NCBI GenBank assembly: GCA_963787445.1
Contig: CAWBCT010000005.1
Coordinates: 320,001 to 384,000 of the forward strand
Direction: 5' to 3'
Origin: an uncultured archaeon
Lineage (GTDB): Archaea > Micrarchaeota > Micrarchaeia > Micrarchaeales > CABMGC01
DNA: 64,000 nucleotides
In this document: positions 49,954-59,842 of the stretch, piece by piece
Layout: each line of letters begins with the position of its first letter
How positions within the stretch are numbered: the stretch's first letter is position 1
Notes under the pieces: generated by a model
Seen by the model: the letters and a program-made list of their open reading frames with translations, nothing else
Database searches by the model: none
Told to the model about the DNA's origin: nothing
Made by a program: the position numbers and the translations under genes

Positions 49954-51069
49954 CTATTTGAGCAAGAATTCGTCGAGATGGCCCTTGACCCTTTCGCGGT
50001 GCTTTCTGTGCTCTTCCAAAAAGTTGTTTATTGCGGTTGTGAGCTGTGCCTTGTGTTCTCCTGCAAGTATCGTGCCATCGCGTTCTGCCTTGAAGATTGC
50101 GGCAAGTTTCTTGTCATCAGGCTCGAAGAAGAACTTGAAGTATTGGCAAACAGCGCACTTGTCCGGATCGCCGCCTAGTTTCTTCTGCAGCTCTGCGGTG
50201 GACTGCTGGCCGGTTATGGCACGATTCACCTTTCTCCTGACTTCCTCAGGAGAATCATTTAGGTAAATAGTATTGTCCGGATCGCTGGCCGACATCTTCT
50301 GCTGTCCCTTCAGGCCGGGCATGAACTTGCTGTTCATGACTGCCGGCTTATAATAGCCGAGCTTTTCTATGACATCCCTGGCGATCCTGAAGTGCACATC
50401 CTGGTCGATGCCCATGGGAATAAAACAGGGGACGTTCTTGCCGTCCTCTACGGACTTGATGAACGCAGGCACGGCCTGCATGCTAGTGTAGAATATTGAT
50501 CCAAGATTTGCGTCGTTGCCATATCCGAATGCATCTTTTATCGTCGAAAATGTTATGTGTTTGGCCACACGCACCGCCTGCTTGTACATCTTGTCTGCAG
50601 CCTCCGTGTCTATGATTATCTTTGTCTTCTTTTTGTCAAAACCAAGAGCGATTATATTGACTGCTGCATCACGGGCAAGTTCATTGGCCTTCTCTAGGGT
50701 GAGATTGGAGTCCTTCTTCAGGAACTTCTCCTCGTCAGGTATCTGTATGTAGACCTCTGCGCCGAACTTCTCCTGGAGCCATCGCGCCATGACAAAATGC
50801 ATCAGGTGCGCTATGGTCATGTTGTTTGAAGGGGCTATGCCCGTGTAAACATAGAACTTGTGGCCTTTTTCGTACTCATCAAGCAGCCAGTTCATGTCGC
50901 GCTGGGCGAAATAGATGCCACGGGTGAGCATGAATTGGGAGCCGCCTGCGAGTTTTTCTATCCTTTGAAGCAGTTTCTTGTCAATCAAAGAGATGCCGAA
51001 ACGCTTGGCCAGCTCATCGTAGTTGACCTCCCCTTTGACTTCGTAGGGCGTTACCTCGAACTCCGCCAT
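49954..51069 (-). CDS. trpS: Tryptophanyl-tRNA synthetase (archaeal/eukaryal type)
   Basis: VTPYEV, YTGIAPS (HIGH degenerate to TIAH), QIPDEEK, GIDQDVHFR, KMSAS. Confidence 0.95.
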   Translation of the reverse strand: MAEFEVTPYEVKGEVNYDELAKRFGISLIDKKLLQRIEKLAGGSQFMLTRGIYFAQRDMNWLLDEYEKGHKFYVYTGIAPSNNMTIAHLMHFVMARWLQEKFGAEVYIQIPDEEKFLKKDSNLTLEKANELARDAAVNIIALGFDKKKTKIIIDTEAADKMYKQAVRVAKHITFSTIKDAFGYGNDANLGSIFYTSMQAVPAFIKSVEDGKNVPCFIPMGIDQDVHFRIARDVIEKLGYYKPAVMNSKFMPGLKGQQKMSASDPDNTIYLNDSPEEVRRKVNRAITGQQSTAELQKKLGGDPDKCAVCQYFKFFFEPDDKKLAAIFKAERDGTILAGEHKAQLTTAINNFLEEHRKHRERVKGHLDEFLLK

Positions 51070-51130
51070 TTAATCAAAGAAAAATTAGAGGGCAAACTAT
51101 AAATGCATGTTGCGTTGGCTGGCTCGCTGA

Positions 51131-51769
51131 CTAAGAAGGGCCTATCATGACGGGCATTAGGTGTTGGTGTTTTGCCCTTTTGCATGCCTTCCGGGCATCT
51201 CTCTTCGCCCGTTTGGTTTCCCTCTTCAGCTTCTTTATCTTGGCTTGGAGCTCGTCTACCTTTGTCTGCTCCCGCACCGCCAAGAATCCAGAAACGACGG
51301 CTTTTGCTACAGGTTTTATTACGTGGTAGGCAACCGCACCCCCAGCAACCACCCCGGTTAGGAATGTGTTGAACCCGACCTTGTTGAGCATGTCATCGTA
51401 GAATCTCTCGACCTGCGGTATGCTCTTGGATAGCTCGAAGGCGACTGGGAACAAAACCATTCCCCAGGCCAGTACCTTATGGAGCGTCTTGTTCCGATCT
51501 TTGTGCTCCTCTAGGATCTTTCTATTCTTCTCTTCTTTCCTCATGAGCTTTCGGAGCTCGTTGCGCATAAACCACATGGTTGCGTGCTGCCTGTCGCGCA
51601 CCGCTTGCTCAAGGGCACGCTGCTGGAGCTCAGTCTCAAGCCTTTCCCTGAAACCGTTGCGGAGCTCAGGAAAGTTTGTGGCGTAGGACATGGCCCTAGC
51701 GTCTCCGCTAGCAAACGGAGCGAACCTTCTCGGTTCTGTTTTCTTTGCTTCAGCTATTGCTGTTACCAT
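51131..51769 (-). CDS. Hypothetical basic membrane protein
   Basis: 212 aa, two hydrophobic segments flanked by coiled-coil-like regions. Confidence 0.55.
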   Translation of the reverse strand: MVTAIAEAKKTEPRRFAPFASGDARAMSYATNFPELRNGFRERLETELQQRALEQAVRDRQHATMWFMRNELRKLMRKEEKNRKILEEHKDRNKTLHKVLAWGMVLFPVAFELSKSIPQVERFYDDMLNKVGFNTFLTGVVAGGAVAYHVIKPVAKAVVSGFLAVREQTKVDELQAKIKKLKRETKRAKRDARKACKRAKHQHLMPVMIGPS

Positions 51770-52032
51770 TTTTGTTCCCCATATAAATTATGCGATTATG
51801 ATATTTAAAGTTGCTGTACAATTTCGTTTTGTTTATTCCTGTCGTCTTAGAAATTGGGGGTTCTGGTGTGGGTTTTGCTATTTTAGCGATCGGGAATGAC
51901 AAACAATACAGTTAAAGAGATGTAACCAATCTGTCCGCTTTTAACAAAGCTATTTAAACCTTTTTAAACAAATATATGCTGTGCCTATAGCTTGACTGTT
52001 AGAGCTATTGCTCGTTTTTGAGTGGTGTATGG

Positions 52033-52263
52033 ATGTCAGAAAAATCTAATCATGAATTCATTCCTCAACACGATAAACTCGATAACAAAGAAGTAAAAGT
52101 CATATTTGAAAAACTTAATCTGAAGGCGGACAACCTGCCTAAGATTTTGAGCACAGACCCCCAGGCGATACGCGCGGGCGCCGCCGTGGGAGATGTGCTG
52201 GAGATAAAGAGAAAGGAGTACGGCAGCGAGTATAAGAACTACAGGCTCGTTGTCGAAGGATAA
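52033..52263 (+). CDS. rpoH: RNA polymerase subunit H (Rpo5)
   Basis: HEFIPQH, LPKILSTDP, GDVLEIKR, YRLVV. Confidence 0.95.
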   Translation: MSEKSNHEFIPQHDKLDNKEVKVIFEKLNLKADNLPKILSTDPQAIRAGAAVGDVLEIKRKEYGSEYKNYRLVVEG

Positions 52264-52285
52264 CCCCCAGCGTCAGTTGGTTTTC

Positions 52286-53779
52286 ATGGAAGAGAAAAAC
52301 ATCTTACTAGGTTCGTATTTGACGCAGGCGGCGCTCATTCAGCACCAGGTCGACAGCTTCAACCGTTTCCTCGACACAGGCATCCCCAAGGCGATGGGCA
52401 ACCAGACAACCATAGAGCCCAGCGTAGAGGGGTTCGCGCTCAAGCTCGGCACGGTGAGAATAGGCAGCCCTTCCATAATCGAGGCCGACAGCTCACGCAG
52501 AAACATCCTTCCTAACGAGGCAAGGCTTCGCAACATAACCTATGCTGCGCCGATCTACATGGAGGTAGTCCCGGTGATAAGGGGCATAGAGAAAACGGCT
52601 TCCTACGGAGAGGTCTATGTCGGCGACATCCCCATAATCGTAAAGAGTAATCTGTGCCACACCAAGTCGATGAGCAGGACCCAGCTGATAGAGAACGGCG
52701 AGGATCCTGACGATCCCGGCGGATACTTCATAATCAAGGGCGTCGAGAGGGTCCTTATCGGGCTTGACGACGTTGCATCAAACCGAATAATAACGACCAG
52801 GGAGAAGAAGGGAAGCGAGGTCAAGAGCCGCGTCTTTTCAGCAACTCCCGGCTTCCGCGCAAGATGCGTTGTCACAAGAAACCAGAACGGGATGTTCCTT
52901 GTGGACTTCCCGACGGTAAACAGGAGCCTGGAGATGCTCATGCTCCTCAGGGCGCTCGGGATGCAGATAGACGACATAAAGGAGTATGCAAGCATAATGC
53001 TGCCGTTCAAGAACGACGTCCTGCTCAACATCGAGCTTAGCACAATCAACAAAGAGGGCGGAGGCGTCCTCACGCCTGCGGAGGCACTCTTGGAGATAGG
53101 AAAACTTGCGGCCCCAGGCCAGGCAAAGGAGTACCAGATAAAGAGGGCGGAGACGCAACTCGACAACTACCTGTTGCCGCACATCGGCTCCGAGGTGGAG
53201 GCGAGGAAGGAGAAGGCAAAGTACCTCTTGGAGATGGCGAAGAAGTCAACCGCTGTCGCGAACAAGATGATAAGACAGGACGACAAGGACCACTACGCAA
53301 ACAAGCGCACGAGGTTCGCAGGCGAGCTCATGGAGGAGCTGTTCGCCTATGCATTCCGTTTCTTCCTCAAGGAGGTAAAGTACCAGATAGAAAGAATGAG
53401 TGCGAGAGGAAGACGCCTAAGCATGCAGTCGATAATCAGCCCGGACACGCTTACTGAGAAGATCGCCTACGCCATGGGAACAGGCACCTGGGTTGCCGGA
53501 CAGACGGGAGTCTCACAGGTTCTTGACAGGACAAACCTGATTAGCACCTACGCACACTTAAGAAGGATAAAGTCGCCGTTGGCGAAGAAGCACCCGCACT
53601 TCAGGGCGCGCGACGTCCACGGAACCCAGTGGGGCAAGATCTGCCCGACAGAGAGCCCGGAGGGACAGGAAGTTGGACTTACAAAGTACCTTGCGCTTAT
53701 GGCCAAGGTTACGGTGGGTGCTGACGAGGCCCTGACCACCGAGGAGCTGAAGAAGCTCGCAACGATAAAGCCGGTTTGA
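52286..53779 (+). CDS. rpoB2: RNA polymerase subunit B'' (Rpo2N)
   Basis: HQVDSFNRF, PNEARLRNITY, DPGGYFIIKGVERV, GVSQVLDR, CPTESPEG. Confidence 0.96.
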   Translation: MEEKNILLGSYLTQAALIQHQVDSFNRFLDTGIPKAMGNQTTIEPSVEGFALKLGTVRIGSPSIIEADSSRRNILPNEARLRNITYAAPIYMEVVPVIRGIEKTASYGEVYVGDIPIIVKSNLCHTKSMSRTQLIENGEDPDDPGGYFIIKGVERVLIGLDDVASNRIITTREKKGSEVKSRVFSATPGFRARCVVTRNQNGMFLVDFPTVNRSLEMLMLLRALGMQIDDIKEYASIMLPFKNDVLLNIELSTINKEGGGVLTPAEALLEIGKLAAPGQAKEYQIKRAETQLDNYLLPHIGSEVEARKEKAKYLLEMAKKSTAVANKMIRQDDKDHYANKRTRFAGELMEELFAYAFRFFLKEVKYQIERMSARGRRLSMQSIISPDTLTEKIAYAMGTGTWVAGQTGVSQVLDRTNLISTYAHLRRIKSPLAKKHPHFRARDVHGTQWGKICPTESPEGQEVGLTKYLALMAKVTVGADEALTTEELKKLATIKPV

Positions 53780-53783
53780 TTCT

Positions 53784-55607
53784 ATGGATGCTCAAAAGAA
53801 AGCTTATGTATATTTGAATGGCAGGGCCATCGGTTCAGTCGAGGACCCGGTTAAGTTCATCCATGAGGTTCGCGGAGCACGCAGGAAGGGTCAGCTTTCG
53901 GGAGAGATAAACATAGCCTACGTTGAGAAGCTCAACAGCATCAACATAAACACAGACAGGGGCAGGCTAAGGAAGCCCTACGTGATAGTGGAGGGGGGCA
54001 AGTCAAAGCTCACGGAGGAGCTTCTGGAGAGGCTTGTGAAGAAGGAGATAAACTTCAACTACCTGGTGCGCAGCGGCATCGTCGAGTACCTTGACGCTGA
54101 AGAGGAGGAAAACGCGCTTGTCGCACTGACCGAGGAGGCGATAACCGAGAATCACACGCACGTTGATTTCGACCTCGCCTCGATCTTCGGCCTTTCAGCA
54201 AACCTTGCGCCTTTCGCGGAGCACAACGCCTCGGCGCGTCAGGCAATGAGCGCAAACTACATGAAGCAGTCAGAGGGGCTTTACGTTACAAACTTCAACC
54301 AGAGGTTCGACTCTCGCGCCTTCCTGCTCTTCTACCCACAGGCGCCGATAGCGACAACGGTCCCCTATGAGACGCTCGATGTGAAGAGGCATGCAAGCGG
54401 GCAGAACCTGGTAGTCGCAATTACCACTTATTACGGATACAACATGAAGGACGCAATAGTCCTCAACCGCAGCGCGGTTGAGCGCGGAGTCGGCCGCAGC
54501 ATGTTCTACAAGTCCTACGCAGACGAGGAGCGCAGGTACCCTGGAGGCCAGCGCGACCGCTTCAAGATTCCGTCAGCCACATCAGAGGGTTACATGGGAG
54601 AGCACGCCTATTCCAAACTCAGCGAGGACGGGATAATCGAACCGGAGATGCCGGTCGTTGAAGGCGACGTTCTGGTCGGAAAGGTGGCGCCTCCGAGGTT
54701 CCTTGAGGAAAACATCGGCGCAAGCGGCCTTGAGGAGCGCACTCGTGACGACTCAGTGGTTCTGAAGCCGGGAGAGAACGGCGTCGTAGACAGTGTCATA
54801 TTCACAGAGACCCCTGGAGCAACAAAGACGGTGAAGGTCAGGGTGCGCAGCATAAGGGTTCCTGAGAGGGGAGACAAGTTCGCAAGCAGGCACGGGCAGA
54901 AGGGAGTAGTCGCGCTCATAGCAAACAATGAGGACATGCCGTTTACTGCAGATGGCGTTGTGCCGGATCTGCTGCTCAACCCGCACTCCATACCTACTCG
55001 TATGACATTCGGTCACCTGCTTGAGGAAATAGCAGGGAAGGCGGGCGCTGTCGCAGGAACTAAGGTGGACGGAACCGCATTCACGAAGTCGGGAAGGGAC
55101 AGGCTTGATGAGTACGCGGAGATGCTCAAGGAGGGCGGCTACGACGAGAATGGAGACGACGTGCTTTACGACGGAATGACGGGAAGGCCGTTCAGGGCGA
55201 AGATCTTCACAGGAATTTCATACTACAACAGGCTCTACCACATGGTAAGCAACAAGATGCAGGTAAGGAGCAGAGGAAAGGTGCAGATCCTCACGCACCA
55301 GCCTACGGAAGGAAAGGCAAGGCAGGGTGCGCTGAGATTCGGTGAAATGGAACGAGATGCGCTTATCGGCCACGGCGCGAGCCTCCTATTGAAGGAGCGC
55401 ATGCTTGACCAGAGCGACAAGACGGCCGTACTAATCTGCAAGCAGTGCGGAGGCATGGGTTACCATGACTTCCTGAAGCGCACGAACGTCTGCCCGCTCT
55501 GCGGGAACACGGCGCTCGTTGAGGTCGAGATGAGCTATGCGTTCAAGGTCCTGCTGGACGAGATAAGATCCCTGCACATAATGCCCAGGGTTAAGATGAG
55601 GGAGTGA
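53784..55607 (+). CDS. rpoB1: RNA polymerase subunit B' (Rpo2C)
   Basis: GDKFASRHGQKG, LNPHSIPTRMT, LRFGEMERD, C-terminal Zn finger. Confidence 0.97.
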   Translation: MDAQKKAYVYLNGRAIGSVEDPVKFIHEVRGARRKGQLSGEINIAYVEKLNSININTDRGRLRKPYVIVEGGKSKLTEELLERLVKKEINFNYLVRSGIVEYLDAEEEENALVALTEEAITENHTHVDFDLASIFGLSANLAPFAEHNASARQAMSANYMKQSEGLYVTNFNQRFDSRAFLLFYPQAPIATTVPYETLDVKRHASGQNLVVAITTYYGYNMKDAIVLNRSAVERGVGRSMFYKSYADEERRYPGGQRDRFKIPSATSEGYMGEHAYSKLSEDGIIEPEMPVVEGDVLVGKVAPPRFLEENIGASGLEERTRDDSVVLKPGENGVVDSVIFTETPGATKTVKVRVRSIRVPERGDKFASRHGQKGVVALIANNEDMPFTADGVVPDLLLNPHSIPTRMTFGHLLEEIAGKAGAVAGTKVDGTAFTKSGRDRLDEYAEMLKEGGYDENGDDVLYDGMTGRPFRAKIFTGISYYNRLYHMVSNKMQVRSRGKVQILTHQPTEGKARQGALRFGEMERDALIGHGASLLLKERMLDQSDKTAVLICKQCGGMGYHDFLKRTNVCPLCGNTALVEVEMSYAFKVLLDEIRSLHIMPRVKMRE

Positions 55608-55611
55608 TTTT

Positions 55612-58164
55612 ATGCAGGCTGAAGCAATAAACTTTATACAGTTCGGAATCCTCTCACCAGAGGAGATCAAGAAGCTGAGCGCAGCCAAGCTCACAGTACC
55701 TGACACTTACAACGAGGACGGCTACCCGATAGACGGCGGCCTTCTTGACCAAAGACTCGGAGTCATTGACCCGGGCCTGGTGTGCAAGACCTGCGGGGCA
55801 CGCGCAAAGACCTGCCCAGGCCACTTTGGCCACCTGGAGCTGGTCCGCCCGGTCATTCATTCAGAGTTCTCAAAGATACTTTACATGATAATGCACGCGA
55901 CCTGCTTTGAGTGCCACCGCATCCTTCTTGACGAAAAACATATCGAGAAGCTGAGGGAGAGCAGGGGCACGGAAGAGGTCCTGCTGGAGAACGCCGAGAG
56001 GGCCGAACTTACCGCGGAGAACGAGACAAAGATCAGGGGCCCGCAGGCGAAGATAAAGTCGAGCAAGAAGTGCCCCTACTGCAATGCCCTGCAGCCGAAG
56101 CTCAGGTTTGCGCAACCCACCTTCTTCACGATAGGAGAGAGGAGGCTAAAGCCCGACGAGATAAGGGACAAGGTCAGCAGGATAAGCAAGGAGGACCTCA
56201 AGCTGATCAACATCGACCCTGCCGTAAGCGATCCGTCATGGTTGGTCCTGAGCGCGCTGCTGGTGCCTCCGGTCAACGTTCGACCGTCAATCACGCTTGA
56301 GTCCGGAGAGAGGAGCGAGGACGACCTCACCCACAAGCTCGTGGACATAATGAGGATCAACCAGAGGCTGGAGCAGAACATCAACGCGGGCGCACCCCAG
56401 ATCATCATAGACGACCTTTGGGAGCTTCTCCAGTACCACGTGACCGCATACTTCAACAACGAGACATCTGGAATACCACCTGCACGCCACCGCAGCGGCA
56501 GGGCGCTTAAGACCCTGGCCCAGAGGCTGAAGGGCAAGGAAGGCCGTTTCAGGTACAACCTCAGCGGAAAGAGGGTCAACTACTCGGCCAGAACAGTAAT
56601 CAGCGTGGACCCGTACGTCAACATCGACGAGGTGGGGGTCCCGCCGGACATCGCCTCGAAGCTTACGGTGCCATTCTACATAACGGCGTGGAACCTGGAG
56701 TACGCAAAGGCGATGCTCCTGAGCACCACCTACCCCAACGTGATAAACGTAATAGCGAAGGACGGCAAGAGGAAGCGCGCAATAGACGCGAACCGGGAGG
56801 AGCTCGTCAAGGAGCTTACCCCCGGAGTCATACTTGAAAGACAGCTGGTCGACGGGGACATAGTGCTGTTCAACAGGCAGCCGTCTCTGCACAGGATCTC
56901 AATCATGGCCCACAAGGTCAAGATCCTGCCCGGGAAGACATTCAGGATCAACTTCTGCACCACTTCACCATACAACGCAGACTTTGACGGAGACGAGATG
57001 AACCTGCACGTGCCCCAGACGCTGGAGGCGCAGGCAGAGGCCCGGCTCCTGATGGATGTTCAGTACCAGGTGTTCTCGCCCAAGGACGGGGATGCGATAA
57101 TAACCAACAGCGAGGACGGGATCAGCGGCATGTACGACCTCACGAAAGAGGGCACGCTCCTGACCAAGGACGAGGCTGTTTATCTTCTCGGCATAGCGGA
57201 CATCTACGAGCTGCCTACGGAGCAGAAGAGCGGGCTCTACAAGGGCACGGACATCTTCTCGATGCTTCTGCCCAGGGGGCTGGACTTCCTGAGCAAGAGG
57301 AGCAGCGGAACGGTGAGGATAAAGAACGGGAAGCTCACAGAGGGAATAATTACAAAGGAGATCTACGGCGGCGGAAACCAGCTGTTCGTGAAGATCGCGA
57401 ACGACTTCGGCTTCGAGAGGCTCAAGGAGTTCATCTTCCAGTCCTCAAAGCTTGCCGACGCCTACGTAACCCTCGCAGGGGTCACGGTGGGGGTGAAGGA
57501 GTACGCCATAGACGAGGCCATGGAGAAGGAGAGGGCCCGCGTGGTGAAGGAGACCTTCGAGAAGGTCAACGACCTCATCGCCCAGTACAAGGCAAAGAAG
57601 CTCGAGCCGCTCATCGGATACACGCTGCGCGAGTCCCTGGAGCGAATAATCATAACAGAGCTAAACATCGCCAGAAACAAGGCGGGAGAGATCCTGGTCA
57701 AGCACGAAGGGGAGAGCAACAGCGCAGTGGAGATGGCAAAGTCCGGTTCCAGAGGAAACGTGCTGAACCTGGAGCAGATGAGCATGTTCCTGGGCCAGCA
57801 GGCAACCCTGAGCGGAGGCAGGATAAAGAGTGGATACTACTCAAACAGGGTGCTGCCGCACATAGCGCCGGGAGATGTGGGCCCGGTGGCGCACGGCTTC
57901 ATCACCACCAGCTACTACTCGGGAATGAGCCCGGTCGAGCTGTTCATGCACGCGGTCGGTTCAAGAGGTTCAGAGGTCTACAAGGCGCTCCTGACGGGAA
58001 GGAGCGGTTACCTGTACAGAAGGCTCTCGAACGCCCTCCAGGACTACTACGTGAAGAACGACCTGAGCGTAAGGGACGTGAACAACAACATAATCCAGAC
58101 AACCTACGGGGGCGACGCGGTCAACCCGATGATGTCCCAGTTCCTGGAGATAGAAAGTGAGTAA
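55612..58164 (+). CDS. rpoA1: RNA polymerase subunit A' (Rpo1N)
   Basis: CPGHFGHLEL, GKEGRFRYNLSGKRV, NRQPSLH, YNADFDGDEMN. Confidence 0.98.
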   Translation: MQAEAINFIQFGILSPEEIKKLSAAKLTVPDTYNEDGYPIDGGLLDQRLGVIDPGLVCKTCGARAKTCPGHFGHLELVRPVIHSEFSKILYMIMHATCFECHRILLDEKHIEKLRESRGTEEVLLENAERAELTAENETKIRGPQAKIKSSKKCPYCNALQPKLRFAQPTFFTIGERRLKPDEIRDKVSRISKEDLKLINIDPAVSDPSWLVLSALLVPPVNVRPSITLESGERSEDDLTHKLVDIMRINQRLEQNINAGAPQIIIDDLWELLQYHVTAYFNNETSGIPPARHRSGRALKTLAQRLKGKEGRFRYNLSGKRVNYSARTVISVDPYVNIDEVGVPPDIASKLTVPFYITAWNLEYAKAMLLSTTYPNVINVIAKDGKRKRAIDANREELVKELTPGVILERQLVDGDIVLFNRQPSLHRISIMAHKVKILPGKTFRINFCTTSPYNADFDGDEMNLHVPQTLEAQAEARLLMDVQYQVFSPKDGDAIITNSEDGISGMYDLTKEGTLLTKDEAVYLLGIADIYELPTEQKSGLYKGTDIFSMLLPRGLDFLSKRSSGTVRIKNGKLTEGIITKEIYGGGNQLFVKIANDFGFERLKEFIFQSSKLADAYVTLAGVTVGVKEYAIDEAMEKERARVVKETFEKVNDLIAQYKAKKLEPLIGYTLRESLERIIITELNIARNKAGEILVKHEGESNSAVEMAKSGSRGNVLNLEQMSMFLGQQATLSGGRIKSGYYSNRVLPHIAPGDVGPVAHGFITTSYYSGMSPVELFMHAVGSRGSEVYKALLTGRSGYLYRRLSNALQDYYVKNDLSVRDVNNNIIQTTYGGDAVNPMMSQFLEIESE

Positions 58165-59202
58165 ATGGCCAAGGAGAAAAACGAGCATAAGATCCAGTAC
58201 GGCGAGCCCGTAGGCATGATAGCCGCGCAGTCGCTCGGAGAGCCAGGCACCCAGATGATTCTGAGGGCCTTCCACTTTGCAGGAATAGAGTCAACCATAG
58301 CCACCTCTGGACTGCCGCGCATAGTCGAACTCGTGGACGCGAGGAAGAAGCCGGCGACGCCGATAACCTATGTTTATCTCACTGGGGATGCAAAGAAGAG
58401 CTTTGACAAGGCGGAGGTCATACTTAAGAAGATCAGCGAGGTGAGGATGAACTCCATAGTCAAGAGGGCCCTGGAGAACTTCTCCAAGGGCATAATAAAG
58501 CTGGTGCTGGACGAGCAGACGGTGAGGGCGAACGACCTCACCCCGAGCCAGATAGCCCAGAAGGTCAGCAAGAAGATAGGCGCGCCGACCCGGGTCGAGA
58601 AGGACGGCAACATACTCATAAAGCTCAGGACGAAGAACATGACAGAGGTGCGCGCCACGAGCGTCAAGATAATGAAGGAGGTCATACAGGGCATAGAGGG
58701 CGCCGGTAAGGCCATAATTCAGCAGGAGAAGGGCGGAGAGTTCTACATAATAGCGGCGGGAAGCAACATCAAGGACATAATAGGTGTGGACGGGGTGGAT
58801 GCCTCAAGGCTCTACACCAATGACGTTTTCGCGATGTACAGGCAGTTCGGGATTGAGGCTGCAAGGAACACGATAGTCAGGGAGCTCGCCGGCACCCTGA
58901 AGGAGCAGAAGATAGGCGTTGACACGAGGCACCTGATGCTGATAGCAGACGCGATGACCTACGACGGGACGGTGAGGGGAGTGGGCAGGCATGGGCTGAG
59001 CGGGCAGAAGAGGTCTGTCTTCGCCAAGGCGGCCTACGAAGAGACGATAAAGCACCTGGTCAATGCAGCTGCGTTCAGCGAGATAGACTGGATGCGCGGG
59101 GTCACGGAGAACATCCTGGTGGGCAAGCAGATCCCCATAGGGACGGGCTCGGTAAAGCTGGCGGTAAAGAAGGATGACGTCCAGAAGGCCTCCAAGAAGT
59201 GA
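58165..59202 (+). CDS. rpoA2: RNA polymerase subunit A'' (Rpo1C)
   Basis: GEPVGMIAAQSLGEPGTQM, GLPRIVE, GIEAAR, RHLMLIADAMT, GVTENILVG. Confidence 0.97.
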   Translation: MAKEKNEHKIQYGEPVGMIAAQSLGEPGTQMILRAFHFAGIESTIATSGLPRIVELVDARKKPATPITYVYLTGDAKKSFDKAEVILKKISEVRMNSIVKRALENFSKGIIKLVLDEQTVRANDLTPSQIAQKVSKKIGAPTRVEKDGNILIKLRTKNMTEVRATSVKIMKEVIQGIEGAGKAIIQQEKGGEFYIIAAGSNIKDIIGVDGVDASRLYTNDVFAMYRQFGIEAARNTIVRELAGTLKEQKIGVDTRHLMLIADAMTYDGTVRGVGRHGLSGQKRSVFAKAAYEETIKHLVNAAAFSEIDWMRGVTENILVGKQIPIGTGSVKLAVKKDDVQKASKK

Positions 59203-59239
59203 CTGGCCTCTCGGGCAGTTTATAGTTTATATTTGAGGG

Positions 59240-59833
59240 TTAGCTGAAGCTCGACGCGGCTAGGCCTAGGACGCCCGAAACTCCAGAGCTCGTCAGCCTG
59301 GTGGTGGTGGAGACGATGTTCACGCTGATCACCTGGTCTCCCTTGTATCCGACCAGATTGAAGGCCTCGGACTTGCTGTTTTGCGGGACGACCGTAAGCA
59401 GGGTGTAGTTCATCCCGTCAACCGCTCCCGTGGATAACTGGACGTTGAAGAGTGAAGAGGGAAAGTTTGCTATGGACTGGTTCAGGGACCCGACCATCTC
59501 GTTGTAAAGCGTGAGGCCGCTGCCGGTGGTGTTGATTACATGCTGCTGGTAGGTGGTGAAGTTCTGCGGGGAGCTGGGCGTGGATACGTTAAAGATGACC
59601 GTGGAGCCGGAGGCGTTCGTCTGCCCATTGCCGAAGATTCCCGGCAGGCTTGGCACTGTGTTTGAGGTCCCGTTCGTTGTGCTGTTGGGCAGTATTGAGG
59701 TCGTCCTTACCGTATTCCGGGGGACATAGGCAGAGTAGGCGAGGGCCACGACTGCCAGCAAAACCAGTATCACTGCTGCCGCAATTATTATCTTCCTGCT
59801 TGAAGAGGGCGATGGGCTGTTGTATTCGGGCAT
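59240..59833 (-). CDS. Membrane-anchored secreted protein
   Basis: N-terminal TM, many sequons; starts 9 nt after the large surface protein gene. Confidence 0.7.
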   Translation of the reverse strand: MPEYNSPSPSSSRKIIIAAAVILVLLAVVALAYSAYVPRNTVRTTSILPNSTTNGTSNTVPSLPGIFGNGQTNASGSTVIFNVSTPSSPQNFTTYQQHVINTTGSGLTLYNEMVGSLNQSIANFPSSLFNVQLSTGAVDGMNYTLLTVVPQNSKSEAFNLVGYKGDQVISVNIVSTTTRLTSSGVSGVLGLAASSFS

Positions 59834-59842
59834 AGTATCACA

